Assembly (NCBI GenBank): GCA_041192345.1
Contig: JBEEND010000005.1
Coordinates: 1-58,554, forward strand
Source of the DNA: Actinomycetota bacterium
GTDB taxonomy: Bacteria; Actinomycetota; Actinomycetes; S36-B12; UBA5976
Length of the DNA: 58,554 nucleotides
Reading direction: 5' to 3'
Positions within the stretch are counted from its first letter, which is position 1; each line of letters begins with the position of its first letter. The translations under genes and the position numbers were made by a program. The notes beneath the pieces are model-generated. The model was not told the origin of the DNA. It was given only the letters and a program-made list of their open reading frames with translations, and ran no database searches. Shown here piece by piece: positions 13,323 to 23,453 of the stretch.

Positions 13323-13443
13323 TTAGTATCTCCGAAAATCTGGGAATGTATGGGAAAAGGACGTCCGGCGCGTGCGCAATCTCCGCAACGAGTGGGCCGG
13401 GTTAGGCCTCGTTGCGGCGCGAAAGGAGCAGGTTCACCAACAT
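13323..13443 (-). promoter_or_regulatory. leuA leader / LEU-element-type attenuator
   Basis: Perfect 10-bp helix (13383-13392 with 13408-13417) overlapping the leader ORF end; loop CCGGC can pair with a downstream GCCGG (pseudoknot); pyrimidine tract before SD GGAG. Confidence 0.8.
13402..13443 (-). CDS. Leucine-rich leader peptide MLVNLLLSRRNEA (not in ORF track)
   Basis: ATG TTG GTG AAC CTG CTC CTT TCG CGC CGC AAC GAG GCC TAA; TAAACT 7 nt upstream (leaderless). Confidence 0.8.
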   Translation of the reverse strand: MLVNLLLSRRNEA

Positions 13444-13564
13444 TGTCTTGAGTTTAGCACCGGGAATGGTTAGGGAAAAAGCCAACGAACGCCAGACAGT
13501 GGGCACCTGGGCTGACAAAATCTTGTTTTTTCGATTCCTGCCCTAGCCCACTACCCTTAATTCC

Positions 13565-14608
13565 ATGGCTAGCAACATTAAATTGGCAGTAATACCCGGT
13601 GATGGCATTGGCGTGGAGGTAGTAGAGCAGGGGCTAAAAGTCCTTGCCGCGATCGCGCCAAGTGTGGGCTTAAACATTTCCACCACTGACTATGACTTAG
13701 GTGCTCGCCGGTATAACGCAACTGGCGAAACTTTGCCGGACAGCGTGGTAACTGAACTAAAACAACATGATGCCATTTTGCTGGGCGCGATTGGTGACCC
13801 ATCAGTTAAACCAGGAATCTTAGAACGTGGCGTTTTATTGCCACTGCGCTTTCAATTGGATCACCATTTAAATTTGCGACCAGTAAAGCTTTATCCAGGG
13901 GTGATATCGCCAATTGCCGGCAAGGGCCCAAAGGATATTGATTTTGTGGTTTGTCGTGAAGGTACTGAGGGTCCGTATGTCGGAGCTGGCGGATTTTTGC
14001 GTCAAGGCACAAAACATGAAGTCGCAACCGAAGTAAGTATCAACACTCGTTTTGGCGCTGAGCGAATCATCCGAGATGCTTTTGAACGCGCGGGTCGTCG
14101 TCGCGGCAAAGTAACTCTTGTACACAAAACTAATGTCGTTGTTTACGCCGGAGATCTTTGGCAACGTGCCTTTAATGATGTGGCTGCTGAATACCCAAAT
14201 ATTGAAACCGATTACTGCCACGTAGATGCTGCGAGCATGTTCTTCTTAACTTCACCGGAGCGCTTCGATGTAATTGTCACCGATAACTTATTCGGTGACA
14301 TATTGACTGACATCGGAGCTGCAATTGCGGGCGGCATCGGACTTGCAGCTAGTGGAAACATAGACCCAAGCAGAACTAATCCAAGTATGTTCGAACCAGT
14401 TCATGGCAGTGCGCCAGATATTGTTGGGCAAGGAAAAGCCGATCCAACTGCGACCGTTTTAAGTATTGCAATGTTGCTCGATCATCTTGGTTACGCCGAT
14501 GCGGCTAAGAAAATTGATGACGCAGTAGCAGCCGATTTGGTATCTCGAAGTGGCGCGCGATCAACAACTCAAATTGGCGACGCCCTAGCAACTGCAGTAG
14601 CGAACTAA
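13565..14608 (+). CDS. leuB: 3-isopropylmalate dehydrogenase
   Basis: [43 protein letters not shown]. Confidence 0.96.
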   Translation: MASNIKLAVIPGDGIGVEVVEQGLKVLAAIAPSVGLNISTTDYDLGARRYNATGETLPDSVVTELKQHDAILLGAIGDPSVKPGILERGVLLPLRFQLDHHLNLRPVKLYPGVISPIAGKGPKDIDFVVCREGTEGPYVGAGGFLRQGTKHEVATEVSINTRFGAERIIRDAFERAGRRRGKVTLVHKTNVVVYAGDLWQRAFNDVAAEYPNIETDYCHVDAASMFFLTSPERFDVIVTDNLFGDILTDIGAAIAGGIGLAASGNIDPSRTNPSMFEPVHGSAPDIVGQGKADPTATVLSIAMLLDHLGYADAAKKIDDAVAADLVSRSGARSTTQIGDALATAVAN

Positions 14609-14632
14609 CCGGAATTAGCGAAAGATATAGCC

Positions 14633-15823
14633 ATGACAACATTCGTTCACTCTGACCTTGACGTATCAGCAGCGAAAGTGGTGGCTTCGGGCCAAGCACT
14701 TTATCCAACGCAAGCTCGAGCTAGTGCTGCAGCTGGAATTGCCCTGCACCCAAATACTTCACCTATGTCTGAGGCTGATCGCTCAAAGATTTTGGAAAAC
14801 CCAGGATTTGGCCAGTACTTTTCTGACAATGTGGTGCGCGCTACTTGGAATAAAGCACAGGGTTGGACTTCTGGAGAATTGATTTCCTCGTCAACCAGTT
14901 CTGGCGGCTTTGGAATGAACGCTTTACATTATGGGCAATCCATATTCGAGGGCTTAAAGGCTTACCGCCACGAAGATGGCAGTATCTATACTTTCCGACC
15001 AGAAGCTAACGCACTTAGATTTCAACGTTCAGCAACCAGGCTCGCGCTGCCACCGGTTCCAACGGACTTATTTATCGGCGCAATCGAAACATTAGTTCGC
15101 CAAGATCAAGCTTGGGTGCCAAACGATCCAGACAAGTCGCTTTACTTGCGTCCCTTGGAATTTGGCTCCGAGAACGCTCTTGGTGTTAGGCCTTCACTAG
15201 AGGTCACATATGTATTGATGGCATGCCCAGTTGGCGCTTATTTCCCAAAGGGTGTGAAACCAGTTTCCGTTTGGTTAAGTGATGATTACGTTCGCGCCGC
15301 TCCAGGGGGTACTGGTGAGGCCAAGTGTGCTGGAAATTACGCAGCAAGTTTGGTGGCTCAAGCCGAAGCAACTGAAAACGGTTGTGATCAAGTGGTGTGG
15401 ATCGATGCAACGGAACGTAAGTACATTGAAGAAATGGGTGGCATGAACATGTTCTTTGTTTATGGCTCAGGAGCTTCCGCTCGCCTTGTTACACCGCGCC
15501 TTACTGGCACATTACTTCCGGGCGTCACACGAGATTCCGTATTAACTCTGGCTCGTGATCTTGGTTACCAAGTCGAAGAAGGAACCATATCGGTTGAACA
15601 GTGGCGTGAGGGTTGCGCCTCAGGAGAGATTACTGAAACGTTTGCTTGCGGCACTGCAGCTGTAATAACTCCAGTTGGTCGCGTTGATAGTAAAAACAGT
15701 GGAGCTTGGACGATTGCTGATGGTGGTTCAGGTGATGTGACTATGAAGCTTCGCGCTGCTCTAGTTGAGATTCAAACTGGCCGGGCACCTGATACCCACA
15801 ACTGGCTGCATCGGATTGTCTAA
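14633..15823 (+). CDS. ilvE: Branched-chain amino acid aminotransferase
   Basis: LHYGQSIFEGLKAY, LYLRP, AKCAGNY, EEMGGMN, LLPGVTR, CGTAAVITP; exact start uncertain. Confidence 0.95.
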   Translation: MTTFVHSDLDVSAAKVVASGQALYPTQARASAAAGIALHPNTSPMSEADRSKILENPGFGQYFSDNVVRATWNKAQGWTSGELISSSTSSGGFGMNALHYGQSIFEGLKAYRHEDGSIYTFRPEANALRFQRSATRLALPPVPTDLFIGAIETLVRQDQAWVPNDPDKSLYLRPLEFGSENALGVRPSLEVTYVLMACPVGAYFPKGVKPVSVWLSDDYVRAAPGGTGEAKCAGNYAASLVAQAEATENGCDQVVWIDATERKYIEEMGGMNMFFVYGSGASARLVTPRLTGTLLPGVTRDSVLTLARDLGYQVEEGTISVEQWREGCASGEITETFACGTAAVITPVGRVDSKNSGAWTIADGGSGDVTMKLRAALVEIQTGRAPDTHNWLHRIV

Positions 15824-17418
15824 TGACAAAATCTTCCCCAGTTACTGACGCGTTTCATTTATATGACACAACCCTGCGCGATGGCGCGCAGCGTGAAGGT
15901 ATTACCTATTCCGTCGAAGACAAATTAACAGTTGCAAAAATACTAGATAACTTTGGCGTTGGCTTTATCGAAGGTGGCTGGCCTGGAGCGTTACCAAAAG
16001 ATACTGAGTTCTTTGCCCGGATAGCAGCTGGCGAATTAGTTTTGAAAAATGCCAAGCTCGTGGCATTTGGCGCTACCCGCAAGGCCGGAATAACAGTGCA
16101 GGAAGATGCGCAAGTCAAAGCCCTGCTGGATTCGCAAGCTCCGGTGATAACCCTGGTTGCAAAGAGTGACGTTTGGCATGTTGAGCAAGCCCTAAAGACC
16201 ACTAAAGAAGAAAACTTAGCGATGATCAGCGACACTGTGGAGTATTTAGTTTCAAATGGCCGCCGAGTATTCGTGGATTTTGAACATTTCTTTGATGGCT
16301 ACAAGCATGATGCTGAATACGGCATCCAAGCAGTTAACGTGGCGATGAAAGCGGGGGCGGACGTCGCAGTACTTTGCGATACCAACGGCGGCATGCTGCC
16401 AAGTGGAATTAGCAAAATCGTGACTGATGTTTTAGAAAAAACAAATGCTCGCATTGGCATTCATTGCCAAGATGACACTGGCTGCGCTATTGCTAACAGC
16501 ATTGCTGCAGTAGAGGCCGGCGCAACTCATGTGCAGTGCACTGCAAATGGATATGGCGAAAGAACTGGTAACGCCGATCTATTTAGTGTGTCTGCAAACT
16601 TAGAGTTGAAACTTGGAATCAGATGTTTACCTGATGGCGCACTAAAGGACATGATGCGTGTCTCACATGCGCTAGCTGAAATCGCAAACTTGCCACCAAA
16701 TACTCACCAACCATACGTTGGCGTTTCATCTTTTGCCCACAAAGCTGGATTACACGCCAGTGCATTAAAAGTGAATCATGAACTTTATAACCACATTGAC
16801 GCCGCTGTGGTTGGTAACGATATGCGAATTCTTGTTACTGAGATGGCGGGCCGAGCATCAATTGAGATGAAGGGTCAAGAGCTTGGTTATGACCTTTCAA
16901 AGCAACCAGAAGCAATTACAAAAGTTGTTGAGCAAGTTAAAGATCTGGAAGCACATGGCTGGTCATTTGAAGCAGCAGATGCCTCCTTTGAATTGCTGTT
17001 ACAGGACGCTTTGGCAGGTGAGTCGACCAAGAAGTTCACGGTTGAGTCTTGGCGCACAATTGTTGAGCAGCGCGAAGATGGTCAGATAGTTAGCGAAGCA
17101 ACCGTTAAAGTTCACGCCGGTGGAAATCGCATTGTTGCAACAGGTGAAGGAAATGGTCCCGTTAACGCGTTAGATAATGCATTGCGCAGCGCCTTGGTTC
17201 AGCACTTTCCGCTAATTGGCGAACTTGAATTGGTTGACTATAAAGTTCGTATCCTCGATGGCGGCATGGGAACTGGCGCTGTCACACGCGTACTTATTGA
17301 AACTGCGCAAAAAGGTCGCCGTTGGACCACAGTCGGTGTCAGCGAAAACGTAATTGCTGCTTCTTGGTTAGCACTAGAGGATGCAATTTCATACGGGCTG
17401 TTAGGAAAAAGCACTTAA
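15823..17418 (+). CDS. cimA: Citramalate synthase
   Basis: DTTLRDGAQREG, EGGWPG, EHFFDG, CDTNGG, GYGERTGN, FAHKAGLH, GNGPVNALD. Confidence 0.93.
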   Translation: MTKSSPVTDAFHLYDTTLRDGAQREGITYSVEDKLTVAKILDNFGVGFIEGGWPGALPKDTEFFARIAAGELVLKNAKLVAFGATRKAGITVQEDAQVKALLDSQAPVITLVAKSDVWHVEQALKTTKEENLAMISDTVEYLVSNGRRVFVDFEHFFDGYKHDAEYGIQAVNVAMKAGADVAVLCDTNGGMLPSGISKIVTDVLEKTNARIGIHCQDDTGCAIANSIAAVEAGATHVQCTANGYGERTGNADLFSVSANLELKLGIRCLPDGALKDMMRVSHALAEIANLPPNTHQPYVGVSSFAHKAGLHASALKVNHELYNHIDAAVVGNDMRILVTEMAGRASIEMKGQELGYDLSKQPEAITKVVEQVKDLEAHGWSFEAADASFELLLQDALAGESTKKFTVESWRTIVEQREDGQIVSEATVKVHAGGNRIVATGEGNGPVNALDNALRSALVQHFPLIGELELVDYKVRILDGGMGTGAVTRVLIETAQKGRRWTTVGVSENVIAASWLALEDAISYGLLGKST

Positions 17419-17441
17419 CGCAAAGCCGATAGTCTTAAGTA

Positions 17442-18206
17442 ATGAGAGTTGCTCGAGTTTCTGTTCCTGGTGTGGAGTTTCCGGTCTACGGAGTAATCAC
17501 AGGCGACAAAATTGAATTAATCACTGGCTTGCCGTGGCCTGACATCAGCGATCCAGTGGCTGCATTAAATTTAGCTGATGTAAAAATCTTGGCCCCCGTC
17601 ATCCCAAGCAAAGTCGTGTGCGTTGGCAAGAACTATGCCGATCACGCTAAGGAAATGGGCGGCGAAGTTCCAGCTGAGCCGGTAATTTTCATTAAGCCAA
17701 ACACCACGGTTATAGGTGAAGGTGACTACATAGTCTTGCCACCGCAGTCAGTAAATGTTCACCATGAAGCCGAATTAGCAATTGTGATTGGCGCATTAGC
17801 TAAGAATGTCGAAGTAGATCGGGCCGATGAAGTAATTTTTGGCTACACCTGCGCCAATGACGTAACTGCGCGTGATTTACAAAATAGTGACGGACAGTGG
17901 ACTCGTTCCAAGAGCTTTGACACTTTCTGCCCACTTGGTCCATGGATTGAAACTGATCTGGATCCGCAGGACCTGGCAATTTCGTGTTCGGTAAATGGCG
18001 AAATTCGACAAGATGGAAACACCAGTGATTTGGTGCGCAGCGCTCGTGAAATGGTTTCTTGGATTTCACACATGATGACCCTGCTGCCGGGTGATGTAAT
18101 TTTGACTGGCACGCCAGCAGGCGTTAGCCAAATTGTGAACGGTGATTCGGTAACAGTAACTATTGCGGAAATTGGTACTCTTACTAATCCAGTAATAGTT
18201 CGATAA
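17442..18206 (+). CDS. Fumarylacetoacetate hydrolase-family protein
   Basis: VGKNYADH, FIKP, HHEAELA, NDVTARD, KSFDTFCP, TGTPAG; usual position upstream of gltX. Confidence 0.92.
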   Translation: MRVARVSVPGVEFPVYGVITGDKIELITGLPWPDISDPVAALNLADVKILAPVIPSKVVCVGKNYADHAKEMGGEVPAEPVIFIKPNTTVIGEGDYIVLPPQSVNVHHEAELAIVIGALAKNVEVDRADEVIFGYTCANDVTARDLQNSDGQWTRSKSFDTFCPLGPWIETDLDPQDLAISCSVNGEIRQDGNTSDLVRSAREMVSWISHMMTLLPGDVILTGTPAGVSQIVNGDSVTVTIAEIGTLTNPVIVR

Positions 18207-18231
18207 CTTAATTTCTAAACCAGGAGAAATT

Positions 18232-19713
18232 GTGTCAAACGTTCGAGTTCGATTCTGTCCTTCCCCGACAGGCAACCCGCATGTGGGAATGATTCGAACT
18301 GCTCTATTCAATTGGGCCTATGCCCGTCACACTGGTGGAACTTTCGTATTTCGAATCGAAGACACTGATATCGCTCGAGATTCACAGCAGTCCTATATCG
18401 ACTTACTTGATGCCCTTCGCTGGTTAGGTTTGGATTGGGATGAAGGCCCCGAAATAGGTGGTCCTCATGGACCGTATCGCCAATCTGAACGCATGGATAT
18501 CTACAAAGAAATAGCTGACAAGTTGTTAGCATCCGGTCATGCTTACCATTGCTATTGCTCGCAAGAAGAACTCGAAGAACGTCGGGAAGCTGCGCGCGCA
18601 GCGAGTAAGACACCAGGATATGACGGCGCATGTAGAAAATTATCTGACTATCAAGTTGCTGAATACAAAGCCCAAGATCGCCGTCCAGTGGTTAGATTTC
18701 GAATGCCCGATACCGACTTCACTTGGACAGATTTAGTTCGCGGCGACGTTACTTTTGCTGCCGAGCATGTTCCAGATTACGTAATAGTAAGAGCAACAGG
18801 CGAACCGCTTTACACGCTGGTAAATCCAGTCGATGACGTCCTTATGGAAATCACGCACGTTCTTCGCGGTGAGGATCTCCTGAGTAGCACACCAAGGCAA
18901 CTTGCACTTTATGATGCACTAAATGACATTGGAGTAGCAAAAGGCGAACGACCACTTTATGGACACTTACCTTATGTAATGGGCGAAGGAAATAAAAAAC
19001 TTTCAAAACGAGATCCAGAATCAAGCCTGTTAATGTATCGCGAAGAGGGATATTTACCAGAGGGTTTACTCAACTACCTGGCACTTTTGGGTTGGGCATT
19101 TGGCAATGATGTTGAATTCTTCTCAAAAGAAGAGATGGCTACCGTTTTTGATGTTGCCCGAGTAAATGCAAATCCAGCGCGCTTTGATTTGAAAAAATGC
19201 ACTTCAATAAATGGAGATTGGATCAGGACGCTCTCGCCCGCAGATTTAGTAGCTCGACTCACTCCTTATTTAATTAAAGAAGGCGTGCTTTCAGCAGAAC
19301 CATCAAGTGATCAGATGTCAGTTTTGCTTCGCGCCATCCCGTTAATCCAAGAACGCATGGAGACACTTCGCCAAGGTGTCGGGATGCTCGGATTCTTATT
19401 CGCAGATCAACCAGGTAGTGCGAGCTTTGAAGTTGATCCAATTGAAGCTGAAAAAGTTTTGACGCCAGATGCGCAACCAGTTTTGTTGGCCGCTCGGGAC
19501 GCCCTTGTTGCAATCAGTGAATGGACTACACAAAACATTGAAGAGGCACTTCGAGTGGCGTTAGTAGATGGCATGGAATTAAAACCTAAGGTTGCATTTG
19601 GCCCAGTTCGGGTCGCTGTTACTGGCCGCAGAGTTTCGCCACCGCTTTTTGAATCCTTAGAAATTCTTGGTCAAGAGCGTTCGCTGGCTCGAATCACCTC
19701 TGCCATCAAATAA
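18232..19713 (+). CDS. gltX: Glutamate--tRNA ligase
   Basis: RFCPSPTGNPHVG, RIEDTD, RGEDLL, KKLSKR; SD AGGAG with GTG start. Confidence 0.97.
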   Translation: MSNVRVRFCPSPTGNPHVGMIRTALFNWAYARHTGGTFVFRIEDTDIARDSQQSYIDLLDALRWLGLDWDEGPEIGGPHGPYRQSERMDIYKEIADKLLASGHAYHCYCSQEELEERREAARAASKTPGYDGACRKLSDYQVAEYKAQDRRPVVRFRMPDTDFTWTDLVRGDVTFAAEHVPDYVIVRATGEPLYTLVNPVDDVLMEITHVLRGEDLLSSTPRQLALYDALNDIGVAKGERPLYGHLPYVMGEGNKKLSKRDPESSLLMYREEGYLPEGLLNYLALLGWAFGNDVEFFSKEEMATVFDVARVNANPARFDLKKCTSINGDWIRTLSPADLVARLTPYLIKEGVLSAEPSSDQMSVLLRAIPLIQERMETLRQGVGMLGFLFADQPGSASFEVDPIEAEKVLTPDAQPVLLAARDALVAISEWTTQNIEEALRVALVDGMELKPKVAFGPVRVAVTGRRVSPPLFESLEILGQERSLARITSAIK

Positions 19714-19767
19714 GCATTTCACTCTAAAGCGCGCCCTGAGATAGAATTTCCTAGGCGTAATGCCGAT

Positions 19768-19842
19768 TGGGATATGGGGTAATTGGCAGCCCAACTGATT
19801 CTGGTTCAGTTAGTCTTGGTTCGAGTCCAGGTATCCCAGCCA
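19768..19842 (+). tRNA. tRNA-Gln(CTG), CCA encoded
   Basis: TGGGATA/TATCCCA acceptor stem, ACTGA-TT-CTG-GT-TCAGT anticodon arm, GGTTCGAGTCC T arm; TAGAAT at 19742-19747. Confidence 0.96.
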
Positions 19843-19861
19843 GATCTGCAATAGTTAAGCC

Positions 19862-21085
19862 ATGGGTAAGCGTCAATTTCCGCGATGGTCCGATCTCAAG
19901 CCAATAATCGGATTTAAGTCACCATTTTCACGTTCTAGTGAAGTGTCCAGAGCAGTAACAATCTCCCAATTACGCAGCATCGGAAAAGCTAAAACTCCGC
20001 GCGCAGTATTTGATTACACCGATGGGGCAGCTGGCGAGGAACTAAGTTATGGCCGAGCTTATGAGGCCTATCGGCAATTGGAATTTCATCCCAGAGTTTT
20101 GCGAGACGTCTCTACCGTTGATACTTCAATAACAATTTTTGGAAAGAGCTCCGCGTTACCATTCGTATTTAGCCCAACCGGCTTTACTCGAATGATGCAC
20201 TATCACGGTGAAGCGGCTGTGGCTAAAGTCGCCGCAGAATTTGGAATTCCATACACGCTCTCAACCCTGGGCACAACTTCAATTGAAGATTTAGCTGCTG
20301 CTGCGCCAAATACACGCAAATGGTTTCAGCTCTACCTGTGGCGCGATAAGACCACACGTTATGAATTAGTCGAACGGGCGGCAACTGCGGGCTATGAAGC
20401 CATCATGTTGACGGTTGATACTGTCGTTGGCGGCATGCGAGTTCGAGATGTAAAAAATGGACTCACTATTCCGCCGCAATTGACCCTTAAAACGATGGCT
20501 GACATGGCGCGTTATCCAAAATGGTGGGGGAACTTACTGACTAGCGCACCGCTTGAATTCGCATCTTTGAAATCAACAGGTGGCACGGTAGCCGAACTAA
20601 TGAATAGTGTTTTCGATCCTTCCATAACCATGAAAGACGTGGAATGGCTGAAAGAAAACTGGCCAGGGAAGTTAATCGTTAAAGGTGTGCAAAATGTAGC
20701 GGATGCAAAGATGCTTGCTGATGCAGGTGTGGACGCAGTCGTGTTATCAAATCATGGCGGACGACAACTTGATCGTTCGGTAGTTCCACTGGAATTATTG
20801 CCCTCAGTTAAATCTGCAATTTCGGGATCGAGCACACAACTATTTATCGACGGTGGCGCTCTTTCAGGTTCTGATGTTGTTGGCGGCATTGGCTTAGGCG
20901 CTGACGCAGTATTAATTGGCAGAGCGTACCTTTATGGAATCATGGCCGGCGGGGAAGCAGGAGTGCGAAGAGCAGCTCAAATTTTGCAGGGCGAAGTAGA
21001 ACAAACTATGCGACTCATGGGGATTACATCCTTAGCTCAGTTAACGCCTGACATGGTCCGCTTTCGCCACCAGGCAAAATCTTAA
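19862..21085 (+). CDS. lldD: FMN-dependent alpha-hydroxy acid dehydrogenase (L-lactate dehydrogenase LldD-like)
   Basis: FDYTDGAA, PTGFTR, WFQLY, LTVDT, IVKG, SNHGGRQLD, GRAYLYG. Confidence 0.85.
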   Translation: MGKRQFPRWSDLKPIIGFKSPFSRSSEVSRAVTISQLRSIGKAKTPRAVFDYTDGAAGEELSYGRAYEAYRQLEFHPRVLRDVSTVDTSITIFGKSSALPFVFSPTGFTRMMHYHGEAAVAKVAAEFGIPYTLSTLGTTSIEDLAAAAPNTRKWFQLYLWRDKTTRYELVERAATAGYEAIMLTVDTVVGGMRVRDVKNGLTIPPQLTLKTMADMARYPKWWGNLLTSAPLEFASLKSTGGTVAELMNSVFDPSITMKDVEWLKENWPGKLIVKGVQNVADAKMLADAGVDAVVLSNHGGRQLDRSVVPLELLPSVKSAISGSSTQLFIDGGALSGSDVVGGIGLGADAVLIGRAYLYGIMAGGEAGVRRAAQILQGEVEQTMRLMGITSLAQLTPDMVRFRHQAKS

Positions 21086-21101
21086 AAAGTTCTTCGTTAA
21101 A

Positions 21102-21123
21102 TAAAAAAGACCCCTGAGGGTCT
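21102..21123 (-). terminator. Intrinsic terminator after tRNA-Glu (may also serve lldD)
   Basis: AGACCC-CTGA-GGGTCT hairpin with T-run on the minus strand. Confidence 0.65.
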
Positions 21124-21133
21124 GATTCATTTG

Positions 21134-21206
21134 TAGCCCCGACGGGATTCGAACCCGCGCTACCGCCTTGAGAGGGCGGCGTGCTAGGCCGCTACACAAC
21201 GGGGCC
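21134..21206 (-). tRNA. tRNA-Glu(CTC)
   Basis: Reverse complement GGCCCCGTTGTGTAGCGGCCTAGCACGCCGCCCT-CTC-AAGGCGGTAGCGCGGGTTCGAATCCCGTCGGGGCTA. Confidence 0.96.
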
Positions 21207-21259
21207 GCACCTGTTCACAATAACGTAAATTTGGCCAAGTCCTAAATGCCTAGTATTAA

Positions 21260-21979
21260 CTAGCCGCGTGCTTTGAGTGAATCGCTAATGCGATTAGCTG
21301 CCGTTACAACAGCCAAACTATGTAGTCGACCTGGCATGCGAGTTAGTCGTTCAATGGGTCCGGATATAGAAACTGCGGCAACAATTTTTCCATTTGCTCC
21401 GCGGATCGGAGCGCTAACAGAGGCAACGCCTGGTTCCCGCTCGCCAAGTGATTGCGCCCAACCGCGTCTGCGCACTCCAGATAAATCTGAGGCAGTAAAT
21501 GTTGCACCTTGTAAGCCACGATGTAATCGATCTGGCTCTTCCCAAGCCAACAAAATTTGGGCAGCAGATCCCGCGCTCATAGTTAATCCAGCGCCAACGG
21601 GCACGGTATCGCGCAGTCCAGTCATTCGCTCCGAAGCTGCAACACAGATTCTTAGCTCACCTTGTCGGCGATATAGTTGAGCGCTTTCCTTGGTGGCATC
21701 ACGCAATGCAATCAGAATTGGATTTGCGATGGAAAGCAATTTATCTTCGCCCGCAGCGCTGGCTAGTTCGGTGATGCGTGGCCCAAGTATGAAACGTCCA
21801 TTTAGATCCCGAGCCACTAAGCGATGGTGTTCTAGCGCGGTTGCTAATCTGTGCGCAGTTGGCCGAGCTAGGCCGGTGGCAGCCACTAAACCTGCCAAAG
21901 TCAATGGTCCAGATTCCAAAGCGTCCAGAATGTGGGCAGCTTTATCCAGAACCCCAACACCGCTACTACTATCTTTCAT
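21260..21979 (-). CDS. ndgR: IclR-family regulator, NdgR/LtbR-type, divergent from leuCD
   Basis: SGVGVLDKA, HTH LARPTAHRLA, GLRDTVPVG, EREPGVASVSAP; conserved position next to leuC. Confidence 0.88.
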   Translation of the reverse strand: MKDSSSGVGVLDKAAHILDALESGPLTLAGLVAATGLARPTAHRLATALEHHRLVARDLNGRFILGPRITELASAAGEDKLLSIANPILIALRDATKESAQLYRRQGELRICVAASERMTGLRDTVPVGAGLTMSAGSAAQILLAWEEPDRLHRGLQGATFTASDLSGVRRRGWAQSLGEREPGVASVSAPIRGANGKIVAAVSISGPIERLTRMPGRLHSLAVVTAANRISDSLKARG

Positions 21980-21984
21980 ATAGT

Positions 21985-22019
21985 GATATTGCTATCTCGA
22001 ATGATGAGATGTCAATATC
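21985..22019. promoter_or_regulatory. Symmetric overlapping divergent promoters with central palindromic operator
   Basis: GATATTG-CT-ATCTC-N7-GAGAT-GT-CAATATC; TTGCTA-N18-CAATAT on plus and TTGACA-N18-CAATAT on minus. Confidence 0.7.
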
Positions 22020-22040
22020 CAGAGTTATTAGGAGGCAGTT

Positions 22041-23453
22041 ATGGGCCGGACATTGGCACAAAAAGTATGGGATGACCATGTAGTTCGTCGCGCAGAGGGT
22101 GAACCAGACTTGCTTTACATTGATTTGCACTTAACTCATGAAGTGACTAGCCCCCAGGCTTTTGATGGCTTGCGCGCAGCTGGTCGCACAGTTCGGCGCA
22201 AAGACTTAACTATTGCCACTGAGGATCACAACGTTCCAACAACTGATATTGATAAACCAATTGTGGATCCAATCAGCCGGGCCCAGATTGAGGCATTACG
22301 CATAAACACTAAAGAATTTGGAATTGAAAATTACGAATTAGGAAATAAAGAACAAGGAATTGTCCACATCATTGCTCCGCAGTCGGGATTAACTCAGCCG
22401 GGAATGACCATAGTTTGTGGCGACTCCCATACTTCAACACACGGCGCCTTTGGTTCCATCGGCATGGGTATTGGAACCAGTGAAGTTGAGCATGTACTTG
22501 CTACCCAAACTTTGCCACTTAAGCCTTTCAAGACCATGGCAATCACAGTGGAAGGAAAGCTTCCACTTGGCGTGACTGCAAAGGATTTAATTTTGGCGAT
22601 CATCGCTGAAATTGGAACTGGCGGCGGCCAGGGTTACATTCTGGAATATCGCGGCGAAGCAATTCGCGGGCTTTCCATGGAAGGCCGCATGACAATGTGC
22701 AACATGAGCATCGAAGCTGGCGCTCGCGCCGGAATGATCGCGCCAGATGAAACAACGTTTGAATACGTAAAGGGACGCGAACATGCGCCCAAGGGTTCAG
22801 ATTGGGACGATGCCGTTGCATATTGGAAAACTTTGCCAACTGATGCGGACGCAGTTTTTGATCGCGAAGTAATCATTGATGCAACTAAGCTCAGCCCATT
22901 TGTAACTTGGGGAACTAACCCAGGTCAAGGTGCGCCACTTTCTGCCAATGTGCCAAGCCCAGATGACTACACCGACCCAGTGGATAAATCTGCTACCGAA
23001 AATGCTCTGGCTTACATGGACCTAACTGCTGGCATGGCGATTCGCGACATCAAAATTGATACTGTTTTCGTCGGGTCGTGCACAAACGGCCGAATTGAAG
23101 ATTTGCGCGCAGCGGCTGAAATTCTAAAAGGCAAAAAGATTGCCAGCGGATTGCGCATGATGGTTGTTCCTGGATCTGTTCGGGTTCGCCTAGAGGCAAT
23201 GGCTGAAGGTCTGGACAAAGTATTTTCCGATGCTGGCGCCGAATGGCGCGAGGCAGGTTGCTCAATGTGTCTTGGTATGAATCCGGACAAATTAGCGCCT
23301 GGCGAGCGAAGTGCTTCAACTTCGAATCGCAACTTTGAAGGACGCCAAGGCCCAGGGGGCCGAACACATTTAGTTTCGCCGCAGGTTGCAGCAGCAACTG
23401 CAATTCGCGGAACGCTGTCATCACCAGCTGACCTAGTAGGAAGTGCAAACTAA
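22041..23453 (+). CDS. leuC: 3-isopropylmalate dehydratase large subunit
   Basis: [37 protein letters not shown]; SD AGGAGG. Confidence 0.98.
   Translation: MGRTLAQKVWDDHVVRRAEGEPDLLYIDLHLTHEVTSPQAFDGLRAAGRTVRRKDLTIATEDHNVPTTDIDKPIVDPISRAQIEALRINTKEFGIENYELGNKEQGIVHIIAPQSGLTQPGMTIVCGDSHTSTHGAFGSIGMGIGTSEVEHVLATQTLPLKPFKTMAITVEGKLPLGVTAKDLILAIIAEIGTGGGQGYILEYRGEAIRGLSMEGRMTMCNMSIEAGARAGMIAPDETTFEYVKGREHAPKGSDWDDAVAYWKTLPTDADAVFDREVIIDATKLSPFVTWGTNPGQGAPLSANVPSPDDYTDPVDKSATENALAYMDLTAGMAIRDIKIDTVFVGSCTNGRIEDLRAAAEILKGKKIASGLRMMVVPGSVRVRLEAMAEGLDKVFSDAGAEWREAGCSMCLGMNPDKLAPGERSASTSNRNFEGRQGPGGRTHLVSPQVAAATAIRGTLSSPADLVGSAN

Noticed and set aside
19830-21135. tRNA-anchored genomic island
   Set aside because: No integrase, no att duplication seen, and only one metabolic gene
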